64,000 nt of DNA, taken from positions 128,001 through 192,000 of the forward strand of contig JBBIRK010000002.1 of the NCBI GenBank assembly GCA_037441845.1, in the 5' to 3' direction. The notes beneath the pieces are model-generated. The model was not told where the DNA came from and made no database searches. It was given only the letters and a program-made list of their open reading frames with translations. Of the stretch, positions 9,597 to 18,212 are shown piece after piece; within the stretch, counting starts at the first letter, position 1, and each line of letters opens with the position of its first letter. A program made the position numbers and the translations under genes. The DNA is from Candidatus Zixiibacteriota bacterium (GTDB lineage Bacteria > Zixibacteria > MSB-5A5 > UBA10806 > 4484-95).

Positions 9597-10937
9597 CTAT
9601 TCACCGCCGCTCATCTGCTCATCGACGATCGTCGGAGTCACGAAAATCACGAGGTCCTGATTCTGAACCTCTTTTTTATTGTAACTGAACAGATAACCTA
9701 AAATCGGAATGTCTTTCAGTATGGGCAGCCCGACCCGCAACGATAGTTCCTCCTGCTTGGTCAGACCACCTATCACCGCCGTTTGCCCGTTGTCGACCAC
9801 CACGTTGGTCTCGGCGTTTTGCGTGTTGATGATGACCCCGTTGGGATCGAACGTATAAGAGCTGCGTTCGGGCTTCAGATGAAGCAGTATCCGGTTTTCG
9901 CTGGTGATATGAGGGGTCACCCGCAACTGGATCCCCACGTCGTAGAATACTATTATGGTGTTCCCCGAGGGATCGAATTGTTTGATCGGGATTTTCTGAC
10001 CCATCTGAATAAACGCTTCGATATTATCCACAGTCGTAACTTCGGGATGGGCTATCACCTTCACCTTGTTGCTCGATTCCGCCATCTTCAGAAGCGCATT
10101 GAACCGCAAGTGATCCTTCACCGCCGAAATCTGGAAATCACCTATGGGAGTGCTTGACATCGTCTGGGTGGTGCCCTGGCTGTAATCGTGCTCCGGTGTG
10201 AACTCGTCCGGATCGGAACCATCATAAGTGGGAGTTGGGAATCCGCGGTCGGAAATCACTCTCCAGTCGAGCCCGATCTCGCGCAGAGTCCTCGATTCCA
10301 CTTCGAGCAGCTGCGCCGAAATTTTGATCTGCTTGGTCTCCCGGTCCAGCACCTGTATCAATTCCTCGGCGCGATCGAGATTGTCGGGCAGATCGCGCAG
10401 GATCAGTGAGTTGGTGCGCTCATCGACCGCCACCGTTCCACGCGGCGAAAGCAATCCTTGAACCGCCTTGGTCAAGTCCTTGGCCACGTTGTATTTGACC
10501 TTGACGATCCTGGTGCGGAGATTTTTCAACGATGCCTGCTCGGCGTTATGCTGTTCCAGCGCCCGCTTTTCCGCGAAATAGTCCTCGGAACGCACCACCC
10601 TTATATAATCCTCGGTTTCCACACCTACCAAACCGTAGGTCTCGAGTATGATATCCAGCGCTTGCCGCCAGGTCACATCCGACAGTCTCATCGTCACCTC
10701 GGCCTCCACTTTCGGCGAAACCACAATGTTTTTGCCGCTGTAGGCGGACAAATACATCATCACCGAGGTGATATCGGCGTTGTTGAGCGAAAGCGTTTTT
10801 ATCAGGCGGTTTTCCTCCGTCGTCGCGGATGTCCCGATTTCCGGCGTCTGGCTGAACAGGGTACCGCCGCCCGCAAGGAAAATGACCGTGCCCAGCGTCG
10901 TTGCCAGAATCGTTAGGATAATTCTCATATTTTTCAT
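9597..10937 (-). CDS. pilQ: Type IV pilus secretin lacking AMIN domains
   Basis: Signal peptide; N0-like domain (VTMRLSDVTWRQALDIIL); Secretin_N (LLSPRGTVAVDERTNSLIL); secretin C-terminus (GLPILKDIPILGYLF...DLVIFVTPTIV); last gene of the pilMNO operon. Confidence 0.92.
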   Translation of the reverse strand: MKNMRIILTILATTLGTVIFLAGGGTLFSQTPEIGTSATTEENRLIKTLSLNNADITSVMMYLSAYSGKNIVVSPKVEAEVTMRLSDVTWRQALDIILETYGLVGVETEDYIRVVRSEDYFAEKRALEQHNAEQASLKNLRTRIVKVKYNVAKDLTKAVQGLLSPRGTVAVDERTNSLILRDLPDNLDRAEELIQVLDRETKQIKISAQLLEVESRTLREIGLDWRVISDRGFPTPTYDGSDPDEFTPEHDYSQGTTQTMSSTPIGDFQISAVKDHLRFNALLKMAESSNKVKVIAHPEVTTVDNIEAFIQMGQKIPIKQFDPSGNTIIVFYDVGIQLRVTPHITSENRILLHLKPERSSYTFDPNGVIINTQNAETNVVVDNGQTAVIGGLTKQEELSLRVGLPILKDIPILGYLFSYNKKEVQNQDLVIFVTPTIVDEQMSGGE

Positions 10938-10950
10938 GGCCAGGTGCTCC

Positions 10951-12069
10951 TTATCTTAATTCCGGTAACTTCAGGTTTAAGGCAACCGTACGTGTCCAAC
11001 CATATTCGGTTATCTGAAAGATCGCCTTGTCGGATTGAACCGAAACGAGGTGACCGTTTTTGACCGGATCGTTTACCCGCAATATATATCCGTTTCCTTC
11101 GGCATCCTCGAACAACGCCTGATTCCCTTCGTCTTCCACGAGAATTCCGACCAGCGTAAGATTCTCGACCGCCGGAAGTCTTCCCGCCCCCGCTTTGGCT
11201 GATCCCTGCCCCGCCAGCGATTTGAACGGATCCCTATCGAGACCCGGCTCATAATTGGCCACTTTCCGTTCGTACATGACCTCGATAGGCAACCCCATTA
11301 CGGGAGTTTCGCGCGACTGCGGAGGCGATGCTGCGACCTGGACCTTTTTCTCGGCCGATTTCGTTTCGGTCGAAGCCGGCGTCTCACCCCATTTCGGCGC
11401 TGTTGCCGCGGCCTTTTTGCCTATAGTGGAATCTTCAGCCGATTTTTGTTCGACTGAAACCGCTGGCTTCTCGACTGGTTTTTCCTTAGGTTTCTCCTCC
11501 GGCGTTTTCGCGCTAGAAACGGCAGTCGGCTTTTTCTGCTCTTTTTCGGCCGCCGCCCCGATTACGATCGGTTCAACCTTGGCCTTAACTTCCGATTCCA
11601 CCGGCTCTTCCGAAACCTCGTCTTCGCCGACCCGTGCGGTGGTCGCGGCCGCTCGCGCCTGCCAAACCGCAAAACTCTTCTCTTCCGCAACAGCAGGTAA
11701 TTTAATCCTTATGCCGTTCGGCAGATCCTCGACGGCATATTCAGTCGGATGATTGATATCGAAAACCACGCGGGTAACCAGCTCGGGCTTGTTCTGATAT
11801 TGGCTGGTTCTGACCCCGCCGATAGTTGCCATCGGTAGCGGCCCGAAATTCTTTTTCGACCAACTATTGAGCGTATTCTGCAGATCGACCACGATTCTCT
11901 CGGGTGGCGATTCGGGTATGAAATGCGCATATCGACATTTGCCCGAGAGAATGATATCGGCCAGAACAGTATCTCCGTATTTCGAGATGGCGATATTCTC
12001 GAGCGTGGTCTGCGCCAGGCCGGTCGAAACGGCGGCTAAGAGTGAAACAAGACCAACCATTATTTTCAT
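10951..12069 (-). CDS. AMIN domain + low-complexity linker + PilP-like domain fusion
   Basis: Signal peptide; AMIN motifs PERIVVDL and VRTSQYQNKPELVTRVVFDI; E/K/P/A-rich linker; PilP-like RDPF...LTLVGIL...ALFEDAEGNGYILRVND; occupies the pilP position. Confidence 0.8.
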   Translation of the reverse strand: MKIMVGLVSLLAAVSTGLAQTTLENIAISKYGDTVLADIILSGKCRYAHFIPESPPERIVVDLQNTLNSWSKKNFGPLPMATIGGVRTSQYQNKPELVTRVVFDINHPTEYAVEDLPNGIRIKLPAVAEEKSFAVWQARAAATTARVGEDEVSEEPVESEVKAKVEPIVIGAAAEKEQKKPTAVSSAKTPEEKPKEKPVEKPAVSVEQKSAEDSTIGKKAAATAPKWGETPASTETKSAEKKVQVAASPPQSRETPVMGLPIEVMYERKVANYEPGLDRDPFKSLAGQGSAKAGAGRLPAVENLTLVGILVEDEGNQALFEDAEGNGYILRVNDPVKNGHLVSVQSDKAIFQITEYGWTRTVALNLKLPELR

Positions 12070-12674
12070 TTGGGCTCACCTCCCGCGATGGCAACGGTCT
12101 CCCTGGCGTTATATGATATAAGTTTGAAATTCGCCGTCAGCACATGGTCTTTGCGCCGCATGCTTTTGCTCTGGGTCGTTCCTTGCGATTGGTCGATTGC
12201 GGTTATCTGCAAATCGCTGATCGCGACTATGAAAGGCAGGTTGGCCACCCGCGCCAGAAATTCTCCGAGCCCGTCGTAGGTGGCGCTCAGCTCGATCAAA
12301 TACGGATTGCCGATAAAATATTCGCCGGTCACTGCCGCCTGTGGTGTGATACTGAGCACCGCCGTATTCGACAGCTGGGCGGCGATATGCAGCTGCGAAA
12401 TAAACTCCTCGTCGCGCTTGGTCTCCGGCAGATACATCCGGACGCTGTTAAAACGTTTCAGAAGCGCATCATAATCGGACTGCAACGTTTCCAGCGTGGC
12501 GGCTTTCTGCTCCACGGCATGCAGCCGGGTCAATATCTGCTCCAGACGCGTTTTCTTGACCGCCAGGTCCTGGGAGTATGGAGTATAGAATTTTTCGTAC
12601 CAAACGTAAACGAGCGCCAGAAATGCAATTATGATTAAAATCAGAATCTGATTCTTGGGGTCTTTAAAATCCAT
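12066..12674 (-). CDS. pilO: Type IV pilus assembly protein PilO
   Basis: N-terminal TM, coiled coil, YLPETK, ATYDGLGEFLARVANLPFIVAI; follows pilN. Confidence 0.88.
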   Translation of the reverse strand: MDFKDPKNQILILIIIAFLALVYVWYEKFYTPYSQDLAVKKTRLEQILTRLHAVEQKAATLETLQSDYDALLKRFNSVRMYLPETKRDEEFISQLHIAAQLSNTAVLSITPQAAVTGEYFIGNPYLIELSATYDGLGEFLARVANLPFIVAISDLQITAIDQSQGTTQSKSMRRKDHVLTANFKLISYNARETVAIAGGEPK

Positions 12675-12718
12675 ACATCCCTCCCACAGGACTAAAAGAC
12701 CGAGTCAGCTATTTTATG

Positions 12719-13441
12719 TCAAAAAGCGGTGCCGGCTGCTGCCTTCCCCGGCGGCATCCCGCCTTCGGTCGATCCCTGCTTGGTCTCCTCCAGAATTAGA
12801 TTGCCGTTTATGTTGAATTCGTATGCTTCCGCGTTTTTCTCCTCGACCAGCCTGATGCTCGTCAACTCGACATTAGCCAGATACGGCGAATTTTTCAGCC
12901 GGGCGATAAAGGTGGCGATACTGTTCAAAGAAAACGACTTCCCCTTGATCGCGGCCCGTATCGGCTGCGCCATAGGCGGGGCCGCCTGGGCTTCCTTGGC
13001 CGGTTTCGTCGATTCATCCCCCGACATCGACTGCTGCCGCGGCAACTGCGTCGGTGCCTCGGCGATCAGCTGCTTGAATTCATTCAACCATAGATAATCG
13101 GTTACCCGCGATCCGAGGTCGGAAAGCAGATCTATATAAACCGTGCGGTTGCGGTCCAGAAAGTTGATCGCCGACATGCGCGTCAGTATTGCGCTTTTTA
13201 AGGCGTTCAGGCTGTCTATTTTGGCGGTCTGAGGTGTGAATCTCTCGGCCTCGGCTTCGTATTTCTTGATGGTGTCGGCAACCTTCCCTGCCGGCATAAT
13301 CTGGAAAAAGACCGTATAAGCCGCCAGTATCAATAGCAGACCGAACCCGCCGATCAAAACGTAAACGGCGTTCTTCTCGAGCGCCAATTTGAATTTTCGC
13401 TTCTGATACTCTTTTGGCAGCAGATTAATTTCTATCATCAC
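12719..13441 (-). CDS. pilN: Type IV pilus assembly protein PilN
   Basis: N-terminal EINLLP motif, TM, DYLWL, IATFIARLKNSPYL. Confidence 0.9.
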   Translation of the reverse strand: MMIEINLLPKEYQKRKFKLALEKNAVYVLIGGFGLLLILAAYTVFFQIMPAGKVADTIKKYEAEAERFTPQTAKIDSLNALKSAILTRMSAINFLDRNRTVYIDLLSDLGSRVTDYLWLNEFKQLIAEAPTQLPRQQSMSGDESTKPAKEAQAAPPMAQPIRAAIKGKSFSLNSIATFIARLKNSPYLANVELTSIRLVEEKNAEAYEFNINGNLILEETKQGSTEGGMPPGKAAAGTAF

Positions 13442-14487
13442 ACCCTCCTGGCCGCCAAACCTATCGCCACCGCCAGAAGCGGCGCGACTTTCTCCGGCTG
13501 AAATTCCACGAACATCTCCGGATCGTATTCGATATTACGCAGCGGATTGAAAATTTCTATGGGGATCGAAAGTTTCATCTGCAGTATCTCGGGCAAAAAT
13601 GGAATCAGAGCGCCTCCGCCCGAAAGTACGATCAAATCGATTCTATCGGCCGCCGATGAGCTCTTGAAATACGATATGGCCACTTCCATACCGGCGATCA
13701 GCTCCTCCGATGCGGTCACTATGGTCGCTTTGAACATGTCCTGGTCCACCGATGTGTCCAGGTCGCCGCGAAGGCATTTGGCGGTCATTTCCTGATTGAA
13801 ACGAAACTCCTTCGAGATGGCGTCGAATATCAGCCGCGTCCCGTTGGATACGTCGCGCGTCGAATGATAAAGCCCGTCCCGCAAAAAGGTCATTGTGGTG
13901 TTGTCAAGACCCAGATCGACCAGCGCGATCACTTTGGTGGGATCGATATCGTAATTTATTTCGTAGGCGTTCAGGATTGCGAATGCGTCCGTATCCACGA
14001 CCACCGGCTTCAGTCCGGCATCCACTATGAGATCAATGAAACTTTTCAAAAACTCGTTGCGGGCGGCCACCAACAAAATCTCCATTTTGTTGGTCTCGGG
14101 ATCCTCGCGAATAATATGATAGTCGAGCGTAACGTCTTCGACATCGAACGGCGCACGCTGCTCGGCCTCGAAAAGTATAGCCTGCTCCGCCTCCGCGCCG
14201 GTCTTTCTGTCCATTATGATTTTATCGGTGAGTACGCCGTGGCCCGAAATCGAGGTGACGACTTCTTTTAGCTTAGGATCCGCCTGATCTATTAACGATT
14301 GAATATCGAATATCACCGCATCCCGGTCCTTGATCTCCTCGGCGTTGATCACTCCCAGCGGCAGCTCCTTCAACGCAAGCGCTTTCAGGGCGTAGCCGCC
14401 GCCCCGCCGGGCAAGCTTGACTAACTTGATCGAATTGGCGCCGATATCCAGACCGGCCGCTAATTTAGTTTTTCTTCCGAAGGCCAT
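13438..14487 (-). CDS. pilM: Type IV pilus assembly protein PilM
   Basis: Actin-fold motifs GLDIGANSIKLV, ALVDLG, LSGGGA; ILLVAA; LAVAIGLAAR. Confidence 0.93.
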   Translation of the reverse strand: MAFGRKTKLAAGLDIGANSIKLVKLARRGGGYALKALALKELPLGVINAEEIKDRDAVIFDIQSLIDQADPKLKEVVTSISGHGVLTDKIIMDRKTGAEAEQAILFEAEQRAPFDVEDVTLDYHIIREDPETNKMEILLVAARNEFLKSFIDLIVDAGLKPVVVDTDAFAILNAYEINYDIDPTKVIALVDLGLDNTTMTFLRDGLYHSTRDVSNGTRLIFDAISKEFRFNQEMTAKCLRGDLDTSVDQDMFKATIVTASEELIAGMEVAISYFKSSSAADRIDLIVLSGGGALIPFLPEILQMKLSIPIEIFNPLRNIEYDPEMFVEFQPEKVAPLLAVAIGLAARRV

Positions 14488-14528
14488 AGCCGCCTCTTTG
14501 ACAATTGTTGCTTTTCAAGATAGAACGG

Positions 14529-14557
14529 AACCTATTACAATCACCCTATACTGTCAA
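14529..14557 (-). promoter_or_regulatory. Putative sigma70 promoter of the pilM operon
   Basis: Minus strand TTGACA-N17-TAGGTT. Confidence 0.45.
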
Positions 14558-14592
14558 GGACTTTTAGAAGCCCTGAATCCATCTGTCAAGGA
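14551..14592. repeat. 10-bp direct repeat CTGTCAAGGA (14551-14560 and 14583-14592)
   Basis: Exact copies 32 bp apart upstream of pilM; each contains TTGACA on the minus strand. Confidence 0.6.
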
Positions 14593-14594
14593 TA

Positions 14595-14621
14595 ATATCG
14601 TCCGTTCAAACCAAAAGTTAA
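14595..14621 (-). promoter_or_regulatory. Putative sigma28-like promoter of the pilM operon
   Basis: Minus strand TTAA-N15-GACGATAT. Confidence 0.45.
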
Positions 14622-14771
14622 CTTGCGACACCAAAAAATGAAAAGCCCTTCACACCGTCCCTCGCCGCCTTCCCATAACGATTCCGACCGCCCCCGCGAA
14701 AACCGGCCGCAAATATCTCCGATGTTAACTATACTTAACAATACGGTGGGTTCCGATTCCCTCGATCCCCG

Positions 14772-15263
14772 CTACTGCAAGGTGGCCCGGCCCGTCGAGG
14801 CCAGCACGCTTATCGTATACAAACGGCCTTGATAAGCGTCTTTTACCTGAATCGAACCGGAAACCGAGGCCGAACCGCTTGGATAAAAGACCACGCAATC
14901 GCCAGCGAAAGACGAAGCGTCGTAGTTGATCCCTTGAGACATCACCTGGCTGCGTTCGATCACCGAGTCGGCCCCGTCCTCATAAGTGGCGTTGGCGGGA
15001 TTGCTGATATCGGCGAATAAAACCGCCTGTCTGGCGCCCGAATCGAAATAAACACCGAATTGGCGGTTCTCGGCGACGGCTTTGCTTCTGGCTATTCTGA
15101 GGTAGTTGAGGTTCGCTCGGGCGTCAGCCCGCAGTTTCAATCGCGGCATCACCATCAAAAATCCCGGCACCGCCATGGCCGAAATAACCCCCACGATGAC
15201 CAGAATCACCATCATCTCCATCATCGTGTAACCGCATCTCTTGTTGATTCGACTTATCAGCAT
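14772..15263 (-). CDS. FimT/GspH-family minor pilin
   Basis: Prepilin motif KRCG|YTMMEMMVILVIVGVISAMAVP with E5; ARSKAV; VVFYPSGSA...ISVLASTGR; start moved to ATG 15263, which has GGGAAGG upstream. Confidence 0.85.
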   Translation of the reverse strand: MLISRINKRCGYTMMEMMVILVIVGVISAMAVPGFLMVMPRLKLRADARANLNYLRIARSKAVAENRQFGVYFDSGARQAVLFADISNPANATYEDGADSVIERSQVMSQGINYDASSFAGDCVVFYPSGSASVSGSIQVKDAYQGRLYTISVLASTGRATLQ

Positions 15264-15408
15264 TTGCGCCTTCCCAACGTTTATCGATCCCGGCCGCCCG
15301 GGCAGTATCGCCGACTCACAGATACGCTCCACCCGCGCTATTCTATTTTCGGCAGCTTCGAGACCTTTATTTAGCCCTCCCCAAAAAACAATCGAAAACA
15401 AAGGAAAC

Positions 15409-15909
15409 TCACCGCAAAGCGAAATTCATGGAGGCGAACCGCCTTCCATTCAATTCGTTGTCCTTGCCCGAGTCGGCTGTCGATCTCACGATCAGCTCGA
15501 TTTTGATCGAATCGCCCGGTGCCATAGAGCAACGAAACGACTCGACCGTGGCACATACCGGTATCTGTCTGCCGCCTTTGGCCTCCATGAAGATCCCCTG
15601 ATATTGCCCCTGACCCAGATAATAACTCACCTGATCCACTCCGTCGAATATGGTCAACGTATCCGATAAAAAACCCGATCGGACCGCGATTTTATCCGAT
15701 CTCTTTCCATCGGCGGCGGCCGCTTCCTCAAGCCGATCTCGGATTCGACTCATGGCGATGGAAAGGCAATTGTTATCTTGGCCTGACCAAGCCGGCGCAT
15801 CGAGGTTAGCTTTTTCCCGTCCGGTCCGATTGGCGATCGCGGTGGCGATCACGGATACCATAATCAATCCAATCAGCAATCTGGCGGCTGTTTGCGATAA
15901 AAAAACCAT
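15409..15909 (-). CDS. Hypothetical protein with N-terminal hydrophobic helix, weakly minor-pilin-like
   Basis: 166-aa ORF with SD AAGGTG; hydrophobic N-terminus then amphipathic helix and beta-rich C-terminus; no G|FxxxE motif; directly upstream of the fimT-like gene. Confidence 0.55.
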   Translation of the reverse strand: MVFLSQTAARLLIGLIMVSVIATAIANRTGREKANLDAPAWSGQDNNCLSIAMSRIRDRLEEAAAADGKRSDKIAVRSGFLSDTLTIFDGVDQVSYYLGQGQYQGIFMEAKGGRQIPVCATVESFRCSMAPGDSIKIELIVRSTADSGKDNELNGRRFASMNFALR

Positions 15910-15928
15910 AGTTCACCTTTTCCGGCAA

Positions 15929-15944
15929 CGCAAGAAAAATGCCC
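15929..15944 (-). promoter_or_regulatory. Putative sigma54 (-24/-12) promoter
   Basis: Minus strand GGGCAT-TTTTC-TTGCG, exact GG-N10-GC spacing, upstream of the pilin-like pair. Confidence 0.45.
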
Positions 15945-16062
15945 GGCTGGAAAAATTTGCGCTTATTCATCTAATCCTCGGGCAATCGCTTAAATGCCTT
16001 CGGACAGGCGCTTGTTAAACCGCTTCAAGCCGCATATATTTTATGGGATTATATTGACTGAT

Positions 16063-16080
16063 TATGGGAAATTTCCCATA
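16063..16080. promoter_or_regulatory. Perfect 18-bp palindrome, candidate regulator binding site
   Basis: TATGGGAAATTTCCCATA in an AT-rich intergenic stretch; an extra TATGGGA half-site at 16042-16048. Confidence 0.5.
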
Positions 16081-16160
16081 CCGGCGATTCCGGCGTGAAA
16101 GCCTCTCCGGCGAACATCAACCGCGCAATTTCAGACGATACGATTCGAACGGCATGGCCG

Positions 16161-18194
16161 TCACTTGAGCAGAGTCATCGAACGGGTTAAAATCCGGCTA
16201 TCGTGCCTAAGGCGATAGAAATAGATTCCGGACGCCGCGGGCCGGCCCTCGTCATCGGTCCCATCCCAGGAGAAGTTATACGTTCCCTCCCCCAATGGTC
16301 CGGCGAAAACCGATTTTACCAGCCGTCCGCTTATATCGAATACGGCGATATAGGCGTTTCCGATCTCCGGAACGCTGACGCAAAACGACGTAGCCCCATT
16401 GAACGGATTCGGGAAATTCCGACCCAGCGAAACGGATCGTGGTTTGAATCCGCCGTCCTCTATAGAGGATTCTTGTCGCGCATGTTTGACAATCCAGTTA
16501 TTCGGATCGAAAACCATCCCCGTCGGCTCGAACGGCAAATCGATTTGAAATGTCTCGGATTCTTGGCTGTTGAACACGGTCAACAACGTATCGTTGGAAT
16601 TACCCTCGACTAATAATTGAATCGGCATGCTGAACACCGTGGAATTCGTTTGGGTCTGCACGATATCCAGAACCATCCGCCATCCTTGGCCGTTCGGATA
16701 GGAGTGATACGAATAGCCGTATTCGGGATAACCTTGTTCGTATATCCATTCGTGGAAAAAATAATCCAAATCGACCCCGGCGACCGTTTCCACTGCGTCG
16801 CGGAAATCCTCGGTGCTGGCGTTTCCATAGGCATAAAGGTCGGCGTAATGCAGGAACGCCTCGAAAAAATGATCGTCGCCCACGATACCGCGCAGCATAT
16901 GCAATACCAGCGCCCCTTTGATATATTCGGCGAGATTGAAATAGTAGTCGGGATCGAAAAGCGGAAAGCGCCCCACATGTTCGTCATAGTAAAAATAGGT
17001 GTTCATATATGATTGAATCCGTGAGTCGTAGGCTTGTCGTCCGTTCCGATATTCCGCATAAAGCGCCTCGGCGTAAGTGGCGAACCCCTCGTTCAGCCAG
17101 ATATGCCGGAAATCCGACATGGTGACCATATCCCCCCACCACTGGTGAGCCAGCTCGTGGGCGATCCCGTATTCGCTTGCGCGGTTGCCGTTTATCCATG
17201 ACCGGTTTATCGTGGTCATCGTTTGATGCTCCATGCCGCCGTATTGGAACGGCTGAACCGCAACCATGCCGTAGCTGTCGAAAGGATAGGCGCCGAAATA
17301 ATTATTGAACGCTTCCATCATGAGCGGCACCGCGGCGAAATCATAGGCCGCCGCCGCCGAATCCTCGGGATAGACAAAGTAGGTGCAGGATATCGAATCA
17401 CCGAGGCCGTCCGGAACGTTCACCTCCCAGACCGTATAGTCGCCGACTCCGAGGCAGATAAGATAGGTCGTTATTTGATGCGGTTCGCGATAGTGAAAAG
17501 TGGTGTATCCGCCGATCGTATCGATCGCCAGCAATGTGCCGTTCGATGCCACCTCGATACCTATCGGCACCCGGCAACTGATATCCGCGGTCGCCTTGTC
17601 CCAGGGCTCGTCGAAACAGGGGAACCACCAGCGGGCGTCATACGGCTCGGCCATCGTATATGAATTACGCGGGTAAAAATAAAATCCCCGTTGCTGGGCG
17701 ACATCGTGGAAATAAACCGAAAATGCGAAAGTGTCACCCGGCGGATATGCCGAGGGCAGAGTTATCGTCAGCGATGAATCACCGCGCACAAAAGCCAGGG
17801 GTGCCCCTGAATCGCTTTTTGCCGAATCCGCGGTCAGATGCATCATATGCAGCGTAACTTGACTTAAATTCGCCTGATTGGAAACAGCCGTCAATCTCAC
17901 AAAACCGGCGAAATTTCCCGATAAGTACGGCACATCCATGTAAATGTCATAGTGCACGGCATCGAACGCGTGCGCCGAATCGAACATGACGCGCGGGGCG
18001 AGCCATTCGGGTTTCTCCGGCCGCAGCACGAACTGCCAGGGATCGATACCGCCAGTACATCCCGAACCGACACAGCCCCAAACATCGCCCCAAAAGAGAA
18101 ACAACACCGATACGACAGCGGCGATCACCGACGATCGACATCCTGCGATAGCCGCGATCGATCGTGTCATTTTCTTGACATGTGCAAATTCCAT
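16161..18194 (-). CDS. Secreted M1 family aminopeptidase with FlgD/T9SS-like C-terminal domain
   Basis: ARWWFPCFDEP, GGMEH, HELAHQWWG-...-WLNEGFA; tail NFPNPFN...VFDISGRLV...WDG...ASGIYFYRL. Confidence 0.92.
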   Translation of the reverse strand: MEFAHVKKMTRSIAAIAGCRSSVIAAVVSVLFLFWGDVWGCVGSGCTGGIDPWQFVLRPEKPEWLAPRVMFDSAHAFDAVHYDIYMDVPYLSGNFAGFVRLTAVSNQANLSQVTLHMMHLTADSAKSDSGAPLAFVRGDSSLTITLPSAYPPGDTFAFSVYFHDVAQQRGFYFYPRNSYTMAEPYDARWWFPCFDEPWDKATADISCRVPIGIEVASNGTLLAIDTIGGYTTFHYREPHQITTYLICLGVGDYTVWEVNVPDGLGDSISCTYFVYPEDSAAAAYDFAAVPLMMEAFNNYFGAYPFDSYGMVAVQPFQYGGMEHQTMTTINRSWINGNRASEYGIAHELAHQWWGDMVTMSDFRHIWLNEGFATYAEALYAEYRNGRQAYDSRIQSYMNTYFYYDEHVGRFPLFDPDYYFNLAEYIKGALVLHMLRGIVGDDHFFEAFLHYADLYAYGNASTEDFRDAVETVAGVDLDYFFHEWIYEQGYPEYGYSYHSYPNGQGWRMVLDIVQTQTNSTVFSMPIQLLVEGNSNDTLLTVFNSQESETFQIDLPFEPTGMVFDPNNWIVKHARQESSIEDGGFKPRSVSLGRNFPNPFNGATSFCVSVPEIGNAYIAVFDISGRLVKSVFAGPLGEGTYNFSWDGTDDEGRPAASGIYFYRLRHDSRILTRSMTLLK

Positions 18195-18212
18195 CGCCGC
18201 AATTTTCCCCCG

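Noticed and set aside
11280..11660. Repetitive-looking EEKPKEKPVEKP stretch as a DNA repeat
   Set aside because: Low-complexity protein linker in the AMIN-PilP fusion; no exact nucleotide tandem repeat
16063..16080. Palindrome as terminator of the M1 peptidase gene
   Set aside because: AT-rich stem with no following U-tract on the minus strand; retained as a candidate protein-binding site instead
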